From IMG/VR virus record IMGVR_UViG_3300046373_000039, positions 20,284 to 84,283 of that record: 64,000 nt of DNA, one strand, 5' to 3'. This stretch comes from a virus. A program made the position numbers and the translations under genes. Shown here in pieces: positions 17,420 to 28,373 of the stretch (position 1 is the first letter of the stretch; each line of letters opens with the position of its first letter). The notes beneath the pieces are model-generated. The model saw only the letters and a list, made by a program, of their open reading frames with translations. It was not told the origin of the DNA and did no database searches.

Positions 17420-19678
17420 TTATGCTACATAAACAGCGTCAGTTATATTATTAACTGTGTTTGCTGTTGTGGAAGCATCTGGTGCAATAATAGAAAGTCC
17501 ACTAGTCAAAATATTTCCCGACACCATACATTTAGCCGTAGCTGTCCCAATAGTTTGTATTGAAGCACCACTACCTGCCAAGAGGTTGGTGGAATTCCCA
17601 GTAAATCTAACACCAGTAGCATTGTTGACTTGAATTGATGGGCTTGCAAAAGCTGTTGTATTCCAAATGTCATTATTAGAAATTTTAGAGTTTGACAGAC
17701 TACCAACCCCGCCAAGATATATCGAGAAGCCAGTTACCTTTAAGGTATTGTCAAATATCTTGACCCTTTTCCAAGCAAGGTTGTTGTTCCCAACAATTCC
17801 AGAAGTTGATGAGATTGAGTTATCGCTAATCTCCAAACCATCCATAGCGACCGCATTACCGCTACCGAGGCTAATCCCATTATCCATACTTACAATATTA
17901 TTACCGATAATCCTACAACGAGCAACTTGCCAATCAATTCCTATACTACCGCCGCTAATACTGTTCCCAATAATCAGAGAAGGTTGCGTGCCAGTGTTAA
18001 GTTGGCTTCTAATACCAATAGCATTTACAGATTGCATATTGATAATATTACTAGAAATAATGAACTGACCATCATGTGAAAATCCTGTAACAGAGCCCAC
18101 AGAGACAGCTACTGTAAAAGAGCCTTGTAGGTTATTTCCAGAAACAATTATTTTATCTGTATGGCTGTTTAAGAATACCCCAAGTTGTTGTATACCAGTT
18201 ACATTATTATCACAGACATTAATAGACACCCCGGCTAATACAGCACCAGGTGCTGGAAGTAGCGGATTACCGTTCAAGTCAACGTTTGAAGACTCAACCT
18301 TACAGAAGTGTAGAACGTTGTCTCCGGTATTACCCAGAATTGAACCACCCCTGCACCCTTGCGAAAAGTCAATGCAAAAACCACCTCCAAGGTTTTGGAA
18401 ATTGTTATTAATAGCTCTCGGTCTATAACAGTTTGTTGCGACCATTCCATGAACTACTGTGCTTCTAACATCACAACCTTCCATCCATAAGTTGTACGAT
18501 GTTTTGGAGCCAGTTGGATCTAGTGCGTATTGTCTACCCCCCAAGAATCCTATAAGTTGCCCAGTCAAGATACAATCTTTTAGACCGACGTTATCTACGG
18601 AACCATCTGAGGAAGCATCAACGATTATTGCTGAATACCCATTTACAAATGAAATTCCTGAAACCGTGATATTCTTACCGTTAATAACTCTGAAAAATGC
18701 TTGCGGTGTTCCTGTGCCACCCCATGTCAAGATTGAGCTTGCACCTTCGCCTGTTACATTCTGTCCTGTCACTAGCGTTGCTGCTGACGTTCTGTTCGGC
18801 TCTCTTCCACCTGGGTAAGATACTGTAGGTCCAATAGGAGCTACCTTGAAGTTACCAGAGGGAACGTGAAAAGGTAGACCAGTGTTTACAGCAGCCAAAT
18901 AACCCGCCGTATCGTCTGTACCAGTTGTGCCGTTGTAATCGCCTTTACACCCAAATTGTCTTAAGGTTGGAGGAGATTGTTGGCACAGAACCAAGAACCC
19001 GCCATCAGTCATCGCAATGACTGTACCACCATTTGCAGTTCCGGTTGTTTTTATGGTGTAAGATCCCCCACCACCATCACCAGCCAAATAGTAACCTAAG
19101 ATAAATACGTTTTTAGATGGACTATTTTTAGACAGTGCAATAGCTTCTGCAACATTTTGCACAACTTGAAATGACTTTGCTATAATTGGAGTCCCTGTAA
19201 CAGCCAAATCATTTCTTAGGGCATCCGTATATGCTGCTGATTGAGAACTTGCGACATCTAATTCTGACTGCGATGCAAAGAACCCAACATCTTCAAATGC
19301 AGCAGTGCCTAAACCTGTGATGGTAGTCTCTACAGCGTCTAGTCTTGAATCAATCTGAGATACGTTATCAACCACTACCATGGTTGTACCGTTGAATTGA
19401 TAAGTGACACCAGTAGCTCTTAGGGTAACTACAAACCACTTAGGTACAGGGGAAGAGTACCAAGTGTTTTTGACAGCAAAATAAAGTCTGTTGTCTGTTG
19501 TCAGAAAATAAGCTGTTCCATTTACAACAGCAGGGAGAGAACTTACGATACCGTCGATATTTCTATCAAACATAAAAGAGAATTTCAAAAGATTCTCATC
19601 CATGCCTGTATTCCAACCACTCTCTCCATATTCCCAGCCGTATTTTCCTTCTAGGAAAGGTGAAGTTTGTTGTGACAT
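17420..19678 (-). CDS. tailspike 2 (pectate-lyase-like beta-helix depolymerase)
   Basis: DUF2793-like N-terminal anchor YGWEYGESGWNTGMDENLL; GYY..GDGGGG; FGCKGD...DDT; Asn/Gly/Ile beta-helix repeats. Confidence 0.88.
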   Translation of the reverse strand: MSQQTSPFLEGKYGWEYGESGWNTGMDENLLKFSFMFDRNIDGIVSSLPAVVNGTAYFLTTDNRLYFAVKNTWYSSPVPKWFVVTLRATGVTYQFNGTTMVVVDNVSQIDSRLDAVETTITGLGTAAFEDVGFFASQSELDVASSQSAAYTDALRNDLAVTGTPIIAKSFQVVQNVAEAIALSKNSPSKNVFILGYYLAGDGGGGSYTIKTTGTANGGTVIAMTDGGFLVLCQQSPPTLRQFGCKGDYNGTTGTDDTAGYLAAVNTGLPFHVPSGNFKVAPIGPTVSYPGGREPNRTSAATLVTGQNVTGEGASSILTWGGTGTPQAFFRVINGKNITVSGISFVNGYSAIIVDASSDGSVDNVGLKDCILTGQLIGFLGGRQYALDPTGSKTSYNLWMEGCDVRSTVVHGMVATNCYRPRAINNNFQNLGGGFCIDFSQGCRGGSILGNTGDNVLHFCKVESSNVDLNGNPLLPAPGAVLAGVSINVCDNNVTGIQQLGVFLNSHTDKIIVSGNNLQGSFTVAVSVGSVTGFSHDGQFIISSNIINMQSVNAIGIRSQLNTGTQPSLIIGNSISGGSIGIDWQVARCRIIGNNIVSMDNGISLGSGNAVAMDGLEISDNSISSTSGIVGNNNLAWKRVKIFDNTLKVTGFSIYLGGVGSLSNSKISNNDIWNTTAFASPSIQVNNATGVRFTGNSTNLLAGSGASIQTIGTATAKCMVSGNILTSGLSIIAPDASTTANTVNNITDAVYVA

Positions 19679-19749
19679 TTTATTGATTCCTTTATACGGA
19701 CTAGCAAGATGTTATTACTACAATTTTAGAATATATTGTCACTATTCAA

Positions 19750-22029
19750 CTATGCACTATATGATGCATTGATAATATTATTCGTATTAATAGTTCCCGC
19801 ATTCGGGGTTCCTAAAACAATAGGCCTATTGGATATATTGTTTGTGACTATGCAATTTGTAGTTGATGTTGATGTGGTTAAGAAGTTAAGACTTGAGGTG
19901 TTGGCATTCGATATATTTCCTACTACAGTGCAAGCAACTGGAGCCGGAAGTACTACGGCATCAAGTATTGGAGCTGTTGCATCTAGCCGATTATTATTAA
20001 ATGTAAGCCTTGTAATACTCGTAGGGGATGAACAGTAGAAAGCAGAAGAACTATAAGTAATTTGACTATTAACTACAGATATATTTTTAACTGCTGACGT
20101 CCCGGCAAAATTTATACCAACACCTGCTGAAATAATATTTACCCCGGAAATAGATAAACTGGCCGTACCGCCTGTTGTATCCAACACCACGCCATTTGTC
20201 GCAGCCTTTATGAATCCACCAGATATTGATACACCGTTACGTGCTACCCAAATACCATGTACCACATTCATAATACTATTATCAGAAAATATGTGAGGAG
20301 ATGCACCATTTGTCATGGTGTCATAAATACCACCATTGGATGTACCTGCAATACCCGTCAGAATATTATCCGATATAATAACAGAACCTGCTGCTGAACT
20401 CGCGTAAGCCTGACCTATAAGAATACCATTGAACACAAATTTGGAGAGTACGTTACCTGTTACGGTAATGTTATCAGCTGCGGTATTTAGAAGTATACCA
20501 TTCTGAGAAATAGTATCAACAACATTACCAATTACACTAACTTTATAAGAAGAGAACAATGCCTCATTAGATCCTGAAACATCTGAAGACTCTACTTTAC
20601 AGAAATACTGACAGTTGGTTGCTGTGTTGGATGAAATGACACAACCTCTTGTACCCTGAGACATGTCAATACACATTCCCTGAGTTACATCTTTAAAGTT
20701 ATTACCAATTGCTTCTGCATTATATGTATTTGTAAATACGATAGAGTGGCTGCCACCTGGAGCCTTAAAGTTGCAATTTATAACTCTAATGTTTTCTGAA
20801 TATTTGGAGCTTGGGTCAATTGCAAGCTGCCTACCACCAATAATATCAATCAGGTTATTTACAGTCGTGCAGTTCTCAACAACAACATTCTTAACTGATC
20901 CATCTGTGAGCGGATCGACTATAAGAAGTGCAAAGGCATCTCTAGCAAACAAGTCCTTTATGCACACATCTGTGGCGTTTTGTATCTTAAAGAAACATTG
21001 TGGTAGTGTGCCAACAGGGCTTTTGCTTGTACCCCATTTTAGTTGAGATAACACACCATCTCCACGCACTGTTTGTCCGGTTGAAAGAACACAAGCTGAG
21101 GTACGATTACCCTCATTGACATATGGAGAAGGGAAAACAATAGTTGTTGTTAGAGGAGAAAATATCCACGTCCCAGAAGGTATGTAAACATTTTTACCTG
21201 TAGCTACAGCAGCAAGGATAGCTGAGGTATCTATAGACTCATTGGCAGTATTACCATTACCTACACCACCAAACATATACGGAGTAACTTCGGCTTCTGT
21301 GTTTACCCTGTTAAATCTTCCAACCCCTGTTACCGCTGTTGGTTTGAACCATATACCGTTATCGTCTACATTAGTTGCTGTGGGCTTCCATGTTAAAAAT
21401 CCATTACCTTTACCAGTACCAGAAGTATGCTCTAGAAGGTAATAAACTGTTCTAGTGGTGGTAGGTGCAGTCAAGGATCTTAACTCTGCAACTGTAGCAA
21501 CAACTTTAATAGAGTTGCCAACAATAAAAGCTCCCGAATCCGTAGAAAGCGATGCCAAGACCGCCCGCAGCGTATCTGTATAAGTATTAGCTTGTGAAGA
21601 TACAACATCTAATTGAGCAGGGCTGGCAAAATCAGATATATTTTTAGTCGCAGCACTGCCAAGAGTAGAGAGGGTTAACTCAATTGCATTTAATCTTGTA
21701 GATACTTGAGCAGGAGTATTAATAGTGGAAGCAGCTACCCCATTAAAAATATAGTTTTGACCTGTACTCCTAATGGTGAAAATAGCCCATTTGGGAGTTG
21801 GTGAAGAGTAGTATGTGTTGTTTACAGCAAAATACAGTCTATTATCCGTTGTGTTGAAGTAGGCTGTGCCATTTACAACAGCTGGTAACGTACTCACTAT
21901 AGAGTCAACATTTCTATCGAACATGAAAGAAAACTTTAATAAATTTTCGTCCATTCCATCATTCCAACCACTTTCACCATAGGACCAACCATACTTACCC
22001 TCTAAGAATGGGGAGGTTTGTTGAGCCAT
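19750..22029 (-). CDS. tailspike 1 (pectate-lyase-like beta-helix depolymerase)
   Basis: Same N-terminal anchor; VTPYMFGGVGNG...DTSAI; beta-helix repeats. Confidence 0.88.
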   Translation of the reverse strand: MAQQTSPFLEGKYGWSYGESGWNDGMDENLLKFSFMFDRNVDSIVSTLPAVVNGTAYFNTTDNRLYFAVNNTYYSSPTPKWAIFTIRSTGQNYIFNGVAASTINTPAQVSTRLNAIELTLSTLGSAATKNISDFASPAQLDVVSSQANTYTDTLRAVLASLSTDSGAFIVGNSIKVVATVAELRSLTAPTTTRTVYYLLEHTSGTGKGNGFLTWKPTATNVDDNGIWFKPTAVTGVGRFNRVNTEAEVTPYMFGGVGNGNTANESIDTSAILAAVATGKNVYIPSGTWIFSPLTTTIVFPSPYVNEGNRTSACVLSTGQTVRGDGVLSQLKWGTSKSPVGTLPQCFFKIQNATDVCIKDLFARDAFALLIVDPLTDGSVKNVVVENCTTVNNLIDIIGGRQLAIDPSSKYSENIRVINCNFKAPGGSHSIVFTNTYNAEAIGNNFKDVTQGMCIDMSQGTRGCVISSNTATNCQYFCKVESSDVSGSNEALFSSYKVSVIGNVVDTISQNGILLNTAADNITVTGNVLSKFVFNGILIGQAYASSAAGSVIISDNILTGIAGTSNGGIYDTMTNGASPHIFSDNSIMNVVHGIWVARNGVSISGGFIKAATNGVVLDTTGGTASLSISGVNIISAGVGINFAGTSAVKNISVVNSQITYSSSAFYCSSPTSITRLTFNNNRLDATAPILDAVVLPAPVACTVVGNISNANTSSLNFLTTSTSTTNCIVTNNISNRPIVLGTPNAGTINTNNIINASYSA

Positions 22030-22031
22030 TA

Positions 22032-22907
22032 TTAGTTACCTCGTGCGTACCAATAAGCTAGAGCGTTAACACCACTTGCATTTCTGTTATCAAGACGCAT
22101 ACTACTATTATTTAATAGTGTTACGCCAATGGTAACTGCACTTGTGGCAGCAGCTGTAGAAATAAGAGTAGTTTGGATGTTAAAGACATTATTAGGAAAA
22201 GGCATGGGAAAAGTTACGACCAAACTTCCGCCTGGAACAATGTTAGCAGTTGTCCCCCACATTTCTATTAGTCCACCGGGACTTATTTGATAGCCATTGA
22301 CAGCCAGCAGTTGATTAGAACCTTGATAAGCTTGTGCCATTCTCAGCGGGCTAATCAGTACAGTATTACTTGTAAACGCCTGAGCCTGAGCAGTAGAAGC
22401 GACTGTAGTCTTTCCATCAACCTCAGTTTTGGTATAGGTTTGTGCTTGGGAGTATACAGACAGGTTTGTACGAGCGGTTGCAGTATTAGTTAAATCAGAA
22501 AGGTTAGCTGATTTTTGTAAATATCTCGCATCACTTTGGGTTTGTGTGTAAAAGTCTGCAACGTTTGCAAAAGCAATTTCCCAATAAGTATCAGTCGTAT
22601 CTGTAACAGGGTTCTGGTTGATGCTTACTTGTTTTGCACGATAAATAGTACCGTCAGAGCCCATGCAAATTGACTTAGTACCTGTACTGGACCACTGGTA
22701 TTCTGTGGTGTTGTCCCATACAGCAATACCGTGCTGATTGATGTGGGCAATAGCTTGGTCTTGTTTCCAGTCAATGTAATTAAAGTACTGCCTTGGTGGA
22801 ATCTCAACCTGCCAGCCTGTAGCAACTTTAGAGTCAGAGGGAGCCAAGACATCACCAGCAGATGCCCAAATTTTGTTAATGTCTAGCGGCTTGGTGATTT
22901 CAGCCAT
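22032..22907 (-). CDS. tail fibre protein (gp53-like C-terminus)
   Basis: WAS.G...GW..EIPPRQYFN N-terminus; NGYQISPGGLIEMWG...VTFPMPFPN...YWYARG C-terminus. Confidence 0.85.
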   Translation of the reverse strand: MAEITKPLDINKIWASAGDVLAPSDSKVATGWQVEIPPRQYFNYIDWKQDQAIAHINQHGIAVWDNTTEYQWSSTGTKSICMGSDGTIYRAKQVSINQNPVTDTTDTYWEIAFANVADFYTQTQSDARYLQKSANLSDLTNTATARTNLSVYSQAQTYTKTEVDGKTTVASTAQAQAFTSNTVLISPLRMAQAYQGSNQLLAVNGYQISPGGLIEMWGTTANIVPGGSLVVTFPMPFPNNVFNIQTTLISTAAATSAVTIGVTLLNNSSMRLDNRNASGVNALAYWYARGN

Positions 22908-22925
22908 GTCTATATTTTCCTTTAC

Positions 22926-23726
22926 TTAAATTTGATAGAGTGAGGCAAAGTACCCACCACTCACTGTTGCATAATCGCTGTCACCATAATGGAGGCCGTA
23001 ACCGAGACCATACCCATATGTGCCTGTGAATTCTCCAAAACCTTTAGCTCCGGGTACTCCATCAAAACCAAAGAAGTTGTCTCCATCATACTCACCAAAG
23101 TTTATCCTGACACCAACTGTCTTTGGAATAAGTCTTGATGGATAACCCGGTTCATTACTGATGTAGAAGAGGAGCGCTCTTTCAAAGTCAGTTAAGGTTC
23201 TAGATAACAATACAGTAATAGAGGCGTCTCCCTCTTCCGTTAATACTGTTGTATCAGTCCCGAAAACAAGGTTGAGTACAGCTAGAAATTCTTCTGGTGT
23301 CGATGACGTGGTGTTTTTAAAGATCTTAGCTTTAATGAAGAGTCTGTAGGTAGCGTCATCTAGTTCGATATTACCACCAAGGGGTTTACCAAAATCGTAA
23401 AACATCCCACCTACAGATGGGTTGCCAACTTCACCAAAACTTGATGCTTTGATAGCTCCCTGAAACCCAAAGAAATCATAGAAGTCAGCATTGAGTAAAA
23501 TACGTTCTTGACCAACAATCCTACCAATCACATCGAGTTGAGCACCAGTAGCAGTATCAAGGCTTCTAAGCTGCATCAAATCTTTGAATACTTTTTGTAT
23601 TTCTACTTGAGCGTTGATAAGGAGTTGAAGATATTTATCAAAAACTTCCTTTCCTACGAACTGCTCCGTCACTCGTTCACGAGCTTCAGAAAGATAATCG
23701 ATTTCTTCAAAAGGCGTGATAGCCAT
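22926..23726 (-). CDS. baseplate wedge protein (DUF2612-like)
   Basis: LDTATGAQLDVIGRIVG, FFGF, LDDATYRLFIKAKIFKN. Confidence 0.88.
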   Translation of the reverse strand: MAITPFEEIDYLSEARERVTEQFVGKEVFDKYLQLLINAQVEIQKVFKDLMQLRSLDTATGAQLDVIGRIVGQERILLNADFYDFFGFQGAIKASSFGEVGNPSVGGMFYDFGKPLGGNIELDDATYRLFIKAKIFKNTTSSTPEEFLAVLNLVFGTDTTVLTEEGDASITVLLSRTLTDFERALLFYISNEPGYPSRLIPKTVGVRINFGEYDGDNFFGFDGVPGAKGFGEFTGTYGYGLGYGLHYGDSDYATVSGGYFASLYQI

Positions 23727-23736
23727 ATATCACTCC

Positions 23737-25179
23737 TTATGTATTGATAATAATGTTGTCTGAAGACAGTGAAGCAATCATATCGAAAGCTACCGGAATA
23801 CTGTCAGTACCTGTTGGGCTGGCGGATATACCAATAAACAAGCTATCAATCTCATGACCTTTTACAGTATTGATTGGAGTGAACAACCTACTCCAAATTA
23901 CATCATCACCAATACCAAGATTACTATCAAAATAACTAATCAAGGCAGACTTAATATCATCAACACCAGTTCCTGGAAATTCACTGTCTGTAGTAAGATT
24001 GATCGTAATATAAACAGGTAGTGGATCAGGCCGTTCAAAACCAATATTATGAGAAAAACCTTGGGTATCGAAGATAACTACAACTGTATCACCGTAGCTT
24101 CTGATACCCATTGGTTTATTTTCCCAGATGGTATTTGCAATATCAATACTAACACCACCAAGAACAATGGGCATAAAGCTGTGTGCAGGAACACCAAAAG
24201 CATCTACAACATCTGTATCATTCTCGTAGATTCTTACTTCCTCAACACCTTCAAGATTAATCAATGCCGAGTACAAAGCTTCAAGAATATTAGAGGCCCG
24301 TTCAAACTTAGTCTCTCTAAACCTTAAGCGAAGCTCCTCATCTGTTTCGAGATTTCTACCAGGACTTGCAGCTTGGGGGTTTGTAACACTGTCCCAACCA
24401 AGCTGGGGAGTAAGAATAACATTCAATGTATTAGCTTCGGCGTTAACTTCGCCCACTACACTACTCTGAACTTCACCAAGCTTTTGTACTTTAGTAATTC
24501 CAATATTAGGGGTAACAGTGAAAGTTACAACAGAGAATTCATCAACACGACTAATTTTAAGAGACGTACCCTCAATGCTGCTAACAAGGCTTGGGTGGCT
24601 TGCAATAATTACAGCATTCAACCCAGCAACAATCTCAGCAGCTGTAGCAGAGGCATCACTTGTGAAATTGATCGTGTTAGCGGTAGTGATGGATGTATAA
24701 GTTATGCTATAAACTGTGGTGTTAGAAACCGTTATGGGAGTGACCGTAACACCGACCGCTTGAGAAGGAGAAAGAGCTACAGGAGACAGAATTGTCCACT
24801 GACTACTATCAATTGAGCTACCTACAGTGAGCCCTGATGACACCAGAGTACCATTATCCCCTGAGATGATCACTTGTGCTGTTGAATAGGTCTGCTCTTG
24901 TCTAGCGATACCACCAAGAGCTACAAGGTTATCCAGAGCAATACCCGTTGCAGAATTGGGGTCAAATGCTTGGTAATCAGCTTGTGCTACTTCCCATAAG
25001 TCTGCTAAGCTTGGGCTCACAAGCGCTACAAGCCTACCCAATGCTGAGCTATTGGATGTGTCGACCTGATCACCGGGTTCAACTAAATCTTGAAATAAAG
25101 AGGTAGCTTCAGCGCGTAGGTCTGAGAGTATCTCTGTCATTCTTTTAATTGTAAAGCCTTGGTCAGAAATACCCGCCAT
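23737..25179 (-). CDS. baseplate J-like wedge protein
   Basis: FDPNSATGIALDNL..L.GI.R; GRNLETDEELRLR; YENDT...GVPAHS. Confidence 0.92.
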   Translation of the reverse strand: MAGISDQGFTIKRMTEILSDLRAEATSLFQDLVEPGDQVDTSNSSALGRLVALVSPSLADLWEVAQADYQAFDPNSATGIALDNLVALGGIARQEQTYSTAQVIISGDNGTLVSSGLTVGSSIDSSQWTILSPVALSPSQAVGVTVTPITVSNTTVYSITYTSITTANTINFTSDASATAAEIVAGLNAVIIASHPSLVSSIEGTSLKISRVDEFSVVTFTVTPNIGITKVQKLGEVQSSVVGEVNAEANTLNVILTPQLGWDSVTNPQAASPGRNLETDEELRLRFRETKFERASNILEALYSALINLEGVEEVRIYENDTDVVDAFGVPAHSFMPIVLGGVSIDIANTIWENKPMGIRSYGDTVVVIFDTQGFSHNIGFERPDPLPVYITINLTTDSEFPGTGVDDIKSALISYFDSNLGIGDDVIWSRLFTPINTVKGHEIDSLFIGISASPTGTDSIPVAFDMIASLSSDNIIINT

Positions 25180-25188
25180 TTTATTTCC

Positions 25189-25560
25189 TTAATTTATAGG
25201 GTTTAAAGTGAGGGGTGCTGAGATTGTCCCATCCACAACTTTAATTTTAAAAATCAGATCGTAGTGTCTATTAACAAAAGTAGACTCCCAAGACACAATT
25301 TCTTTAACGCCTTGGTCAGATAAAACTTTCTGTTGAAGTATTAAATCAACTGATGCCTTGGATACTTGTTTTTTAGCAAGTATTCTTTGTTCCCAAGGTA
25401 TGCCATATGTAGTGTCCAAAAACCATTCACCCATCCACGTTCTGAGAAGGATCAAAAGTCTTTGACCTGTAACTTCCACTGGTGTTTGAGTTGTGTCTTG
25501 TTTGAGCAGTGACCCATTCCGCCAGATGATATCTCGGTCTGAACCTAGTCTGAAATCCAT
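25189..25560 (-). CDS. baseplate wedge / sheath initiator (gp46/gp25-like)
   Basis: LRTWMGEWFLDTTYGIPW motif; AAGGT SD before ATG 25560. Confidence 0.85.
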   Translation of the reverse strand: MDFRLGSDRDIIWRNGSLLKQDTTQTPVEVTGQRLLILLRTWMGEWFLDTTYGIPWEQRILAKKQVSKASVDLILQQKVLSDQGVKEIVSWESTFVNRHYDLIFKIKVVDGTISAPLTLNPIN

Positions 25561-25570
25561 AACGTATACC

Positions 25571-26341
25571 TTAATTGCTTGGGGGGGCTGTAGAGGGTGC
25601 ATGACGGTGTGTGTTGAATACTACACCGTTGAAGGTAGCCTGACCCCCGACCAAAGTATAATTACCAGTCTGACTGTAATCCCCTTGATGAATTATCGAA
25701 CCAATCCATGTGGTTGATCCAATGTCTATTGTAGCTGTAGGGGCATTCCAACTAATACTAGAGGCTGCGTTGATAGTTATATCTGAACCTTCAATCACAA
25801 TGGGCATATTACTTGTGGTGATACCAATACTCCCATCCACTTTAATTCTAACTTCAGCCTCGACACCACCAAGATTTCCAAATAAAACTGTATCCTTAGT
25901 GTCATGAGGCAGTATATGTTTCGCTGGGTTATTCACAGCAACTCCGGGAGGTTGGATACCCGGAAGAAAGATAGCGTCACTCTTATCCATCTTAGCAAAA
26001 TTACTTGGCATTGATGGTCTACCATTACCAGCCTTCCACCCATCCATGTTTCGCATAGAGAAGATAGCCATACCAGTATCACCAATCTCAATTGGGAATG
26101 TAAAGCCTGCTTTCTTGGAAACTTGGAAAGAGACTGGTATACCCGCCAGTATTGGATACTCTTTAACTGTACCATCTTGAAACTTTTGGTTAATGGTAGG
26201 TTGGATATCAACCATTTGACCATTCAACCCATCTCTGACAGCGACAACAATACAGGGGATATTTGTAAAAACATTATCCATCTGACTGCTGAAGGCACTA
26301 ACCATTGAGGACTGGATTGCTGCCACTGCTTCCGAACTCAT
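25571..26341 (-). CDS. baseplate central spike (Gp138-like)
   Basis: VDIQP...PV.F...FTFPI..GD OB fold; C-terminal HRH iron-binding tip. Confidence 0.88.
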   Translation of the reverse strand: MSSEAVAAIQSSMVSAFSSQMDNVFTNIPCIVVAVRDGLNGQMVDIQPTINQKFQDGTVKEYPILAGIPVSFQVSKKAGFTFPIEIGDTGMAIFSMRNMDGWKAGNGRPSMPSNFAKMDKSDAIFLPGIQPPGVAVNNPAKHILPHDTKDTVLFGNLGGVEAEVRIKVDGSIGITTSNMPIVIEGSDITINAASSISWNAPTATIDIGSTTWIGSIIHQGDYSQTGNYTLVGGQATFNGVVFNTHRHAPSTAPPSN

Positions 26342-27237
26342 CAAGTACCTCCAGATTTAATAACTTTTTCAAGTGACGTTGCACGAATCTCGGTGTACCA
26401 GCTTGCGCTTCTCCACCCCCCTGTGTGCCTAAGAGACTCAACTTTGAACCACCCCGTAATTAAAGTATCTTCTAGCCTGATAATATCTCCAGCTCTTATA
26501 TCGGGATTTAGCAAGATTTTCATTTGAACACCAGGCTTCTTAACTTTATCTTTCTTAGACCTTTGTCTATCACCAGAGACGCGGTAAGGGGTTTCAATCA
26601 AACCGGTATACTTAGAAAGTACATATGCTTGTTGAAAATTCTCAGTGTTGCCTCTGTCATTATCATGGATGTACACAACACCATCATCAAGCTGCCAGTT
26701 ACAAGCATACTTTTCACACAGCTCGTTAAGCATCTCTTTCGGAGTACCACTAAGAGGATACCCATAGAGGAGGGGACTGTTTAGGTTAGTTCCGTTGAAC
26801 ACTCCACGATCAGCACCAATCGCTTTAACAAGCCTATTGGCAGCATCTTTAGGGGATTGACCTTCAGGTACAAATTCAGATAAAACTTGATGGTTTAACT
26901 CAACGTAACCTGTGCCTAGAGTGATTTGCGTAATACGATCCGTACCAGATTTACGAGTTGTTACATGAGTAACTTGCCCAGAAAATAATCTTTGTGGTCC
27001 ACCCGTATCTAAATAACCAGCCTCAAATACTGCCGCTGGGTAATCAGTGTCGAGAAGTTTAATGTGCTCATCACTAAGATTATAAATTTCAATCGCTGCA
27101 CTATTTGTCTTTTTCTTATTATCTGAAGATTTAGATATATCAAATGTAACTTGAAGATCTATAATTTCTAGTGCTTCCCCAGATTCGTAATCTCCCACTA
27201 TCAAGCGGTACTGCCTGTTGCGTTGTAGTAGGTCCAT
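26341..27237 (-). CDS. baseplate hub protein
   Basis: F.I.K...N.A.IEIYNLS, AGY, LFSG, TGLIETP, LLNPDI. Confidence 0.85.
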   Translation of the reverse strand: MDLLQRNRQYRLIVGDYESGEALEIIDLQVTFDISKSSDNKKKTNSAAIEIYNLSDEHIKLLDTDYPAAVFEAGYLDTGGPQRLFSGQVTHVTTRKSGTDRITQITLGTGYVELNHQVLSEFVPEGQSPKDAANRLVKAIGADRGVFNGTNLNSPLLYGYPLSGTPKEMLNELCEKYACNWQLDDGVVYIHDNDRGNTENFQQAYVLSKYTGLIETPYRVSGDRQRSKKDKVKKPGVQMKILLNPDIRAGDIIRLEDTLITGWFKVESLRHTGGWRSASWYTEIRATSLEKVIKSGGT

Positions 27238-27240
27238 ATA

Positions 27241-27573
27241 TTACTCTTCTGAAAATATATAAAAACAGTTATAGTATTGATCAATCGAATCAGGGTAAAC
27301 CTTATAAGGCTCACTGATAATATCTGCTTTCTCCTCCATCCAAATAAATCCAGTAAGGGGGAAGAAGGCATAATCTAATAAGATTGGGTAATTCGGGACT
27401 AAAGCTTCTCCTAGCACAATAGGGTTACTATCAGCATCGTACAAATTTATAAAGTATAAAGCAGATCGCTCATTATAAATAAACTCAAGAATATAAGAGT
27501 TACCTTGAAAAGCTATTGTATAAGTGTAGTAAGGATCTGGAAATAAAGGCATTGTTACATACTTATCAGCCAT
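27241..27573 (-). CDS. baseplate/virion structural protein
   Basis: Position between the tube initiator and hub; Y.LEFIYNER...F.INL motif. Confidence 0.7.
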   Translation of the reverse strand: MADKYVTMPLFPDPYYTYTIAFQGNSYILEFIYNERSALYFINLYDADSNPIVLGEALVPNYPILLDYAFFPLTGFIWMEEKADIISEPYKVYPDSIDQYYNCFYIFSEE

Positions 27574-28363
27574 TTTCTCTAGCCTTCCTTAGTGGGTCTG
27601 TGTCTTTAGGAGCATTATCTCCTGCATTAGCCCCATCAACATCTTGAGGTGTGCTATCTTGTTTACCTTTTGATGCTTTAGTGGAAACTTTCTTTTTTAA
27701 AGAGTTTTGTACATCTTTAGGGATTACAGTTTTCTTCAAGAAAGCAAAAGTAACTTGTTCAAATGTAATATCACAATATAAACCATATCCCGTATTTGCA
27801 TCTTCCTTAAAAGTAATTTTAGTCATCACCAGATTATTAATTACTTTACGAAGGAGGGTGTTGTCATATTCGAACAAACGGACCAATTGAATACTTGGGT
27901 CAAACTGTCCCGACTTTTCATTGAAGATAACCCCAGCAGTAAGATCAATAAGCGCTTGTCTGATCTGTTCAATTAAATCAGTACGCCTACTGTCTATCAC
28001 AACCTCTGGTGTACTATCAGACAGAAATTGTCCAATACTGTCTGGGATAAACTTCTTAAGAACACTTAGGTCTGTTGAGTTCACACTAACAGCAGTAGGG
28101 GCTTCGTTGCTGTTATAAGGAGCATTGCCCTCCAAATCTTGGATTAGGTATGTTCCTGTAGAAATATCCACTCCTGTGATTACAGCGCTGATTGTGAAGA
28201 CAGGATTATTACGGATAAAGTGATCCGTAATGTTTCCGCCTTGATCTACAGGATGCTTTGTAACACTGCCAGAATAATTCTGAGTATATGTTTGCACAGC
28301 GTCACAGTATATAAAGCCGCCATCTTCGTCCGAGGAGTCACCCCAACCAATTGCCAAACTCAT
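27566..28363 (-). CDS. tail tube initiator / Dit-like protein
   Basis: VTKHPVDQGGNITDH motif; directly after the tape measure gene. Confidence 0.75.
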   Translation of the reverse strand: MSLAIGWGDSSDEDGGFIYCDAVQTYTQNYSGSVTKHPVDQGGNITDHFIRNNPVFTISAVITGVDISTGTYLIQDLEGNAPYNSNEAPTAVSVNSTDLSVLKKFIPDSIGQFLSDSTPEVVIDSRRTDLIEQIRQALIDLTAGVIFNEKSGQFDPSIQLVRLFEYDNTLLRKVINNLVMTKITFKEDANTGYGLYCDITFEQVTFAFLKKTVIPKDVQNSLKKKVSTKASKGKQDSTPQDVDGANAGDNAPKDTDPLRKARENG

Positions 28364-28373
28364 AGGTGACTCC

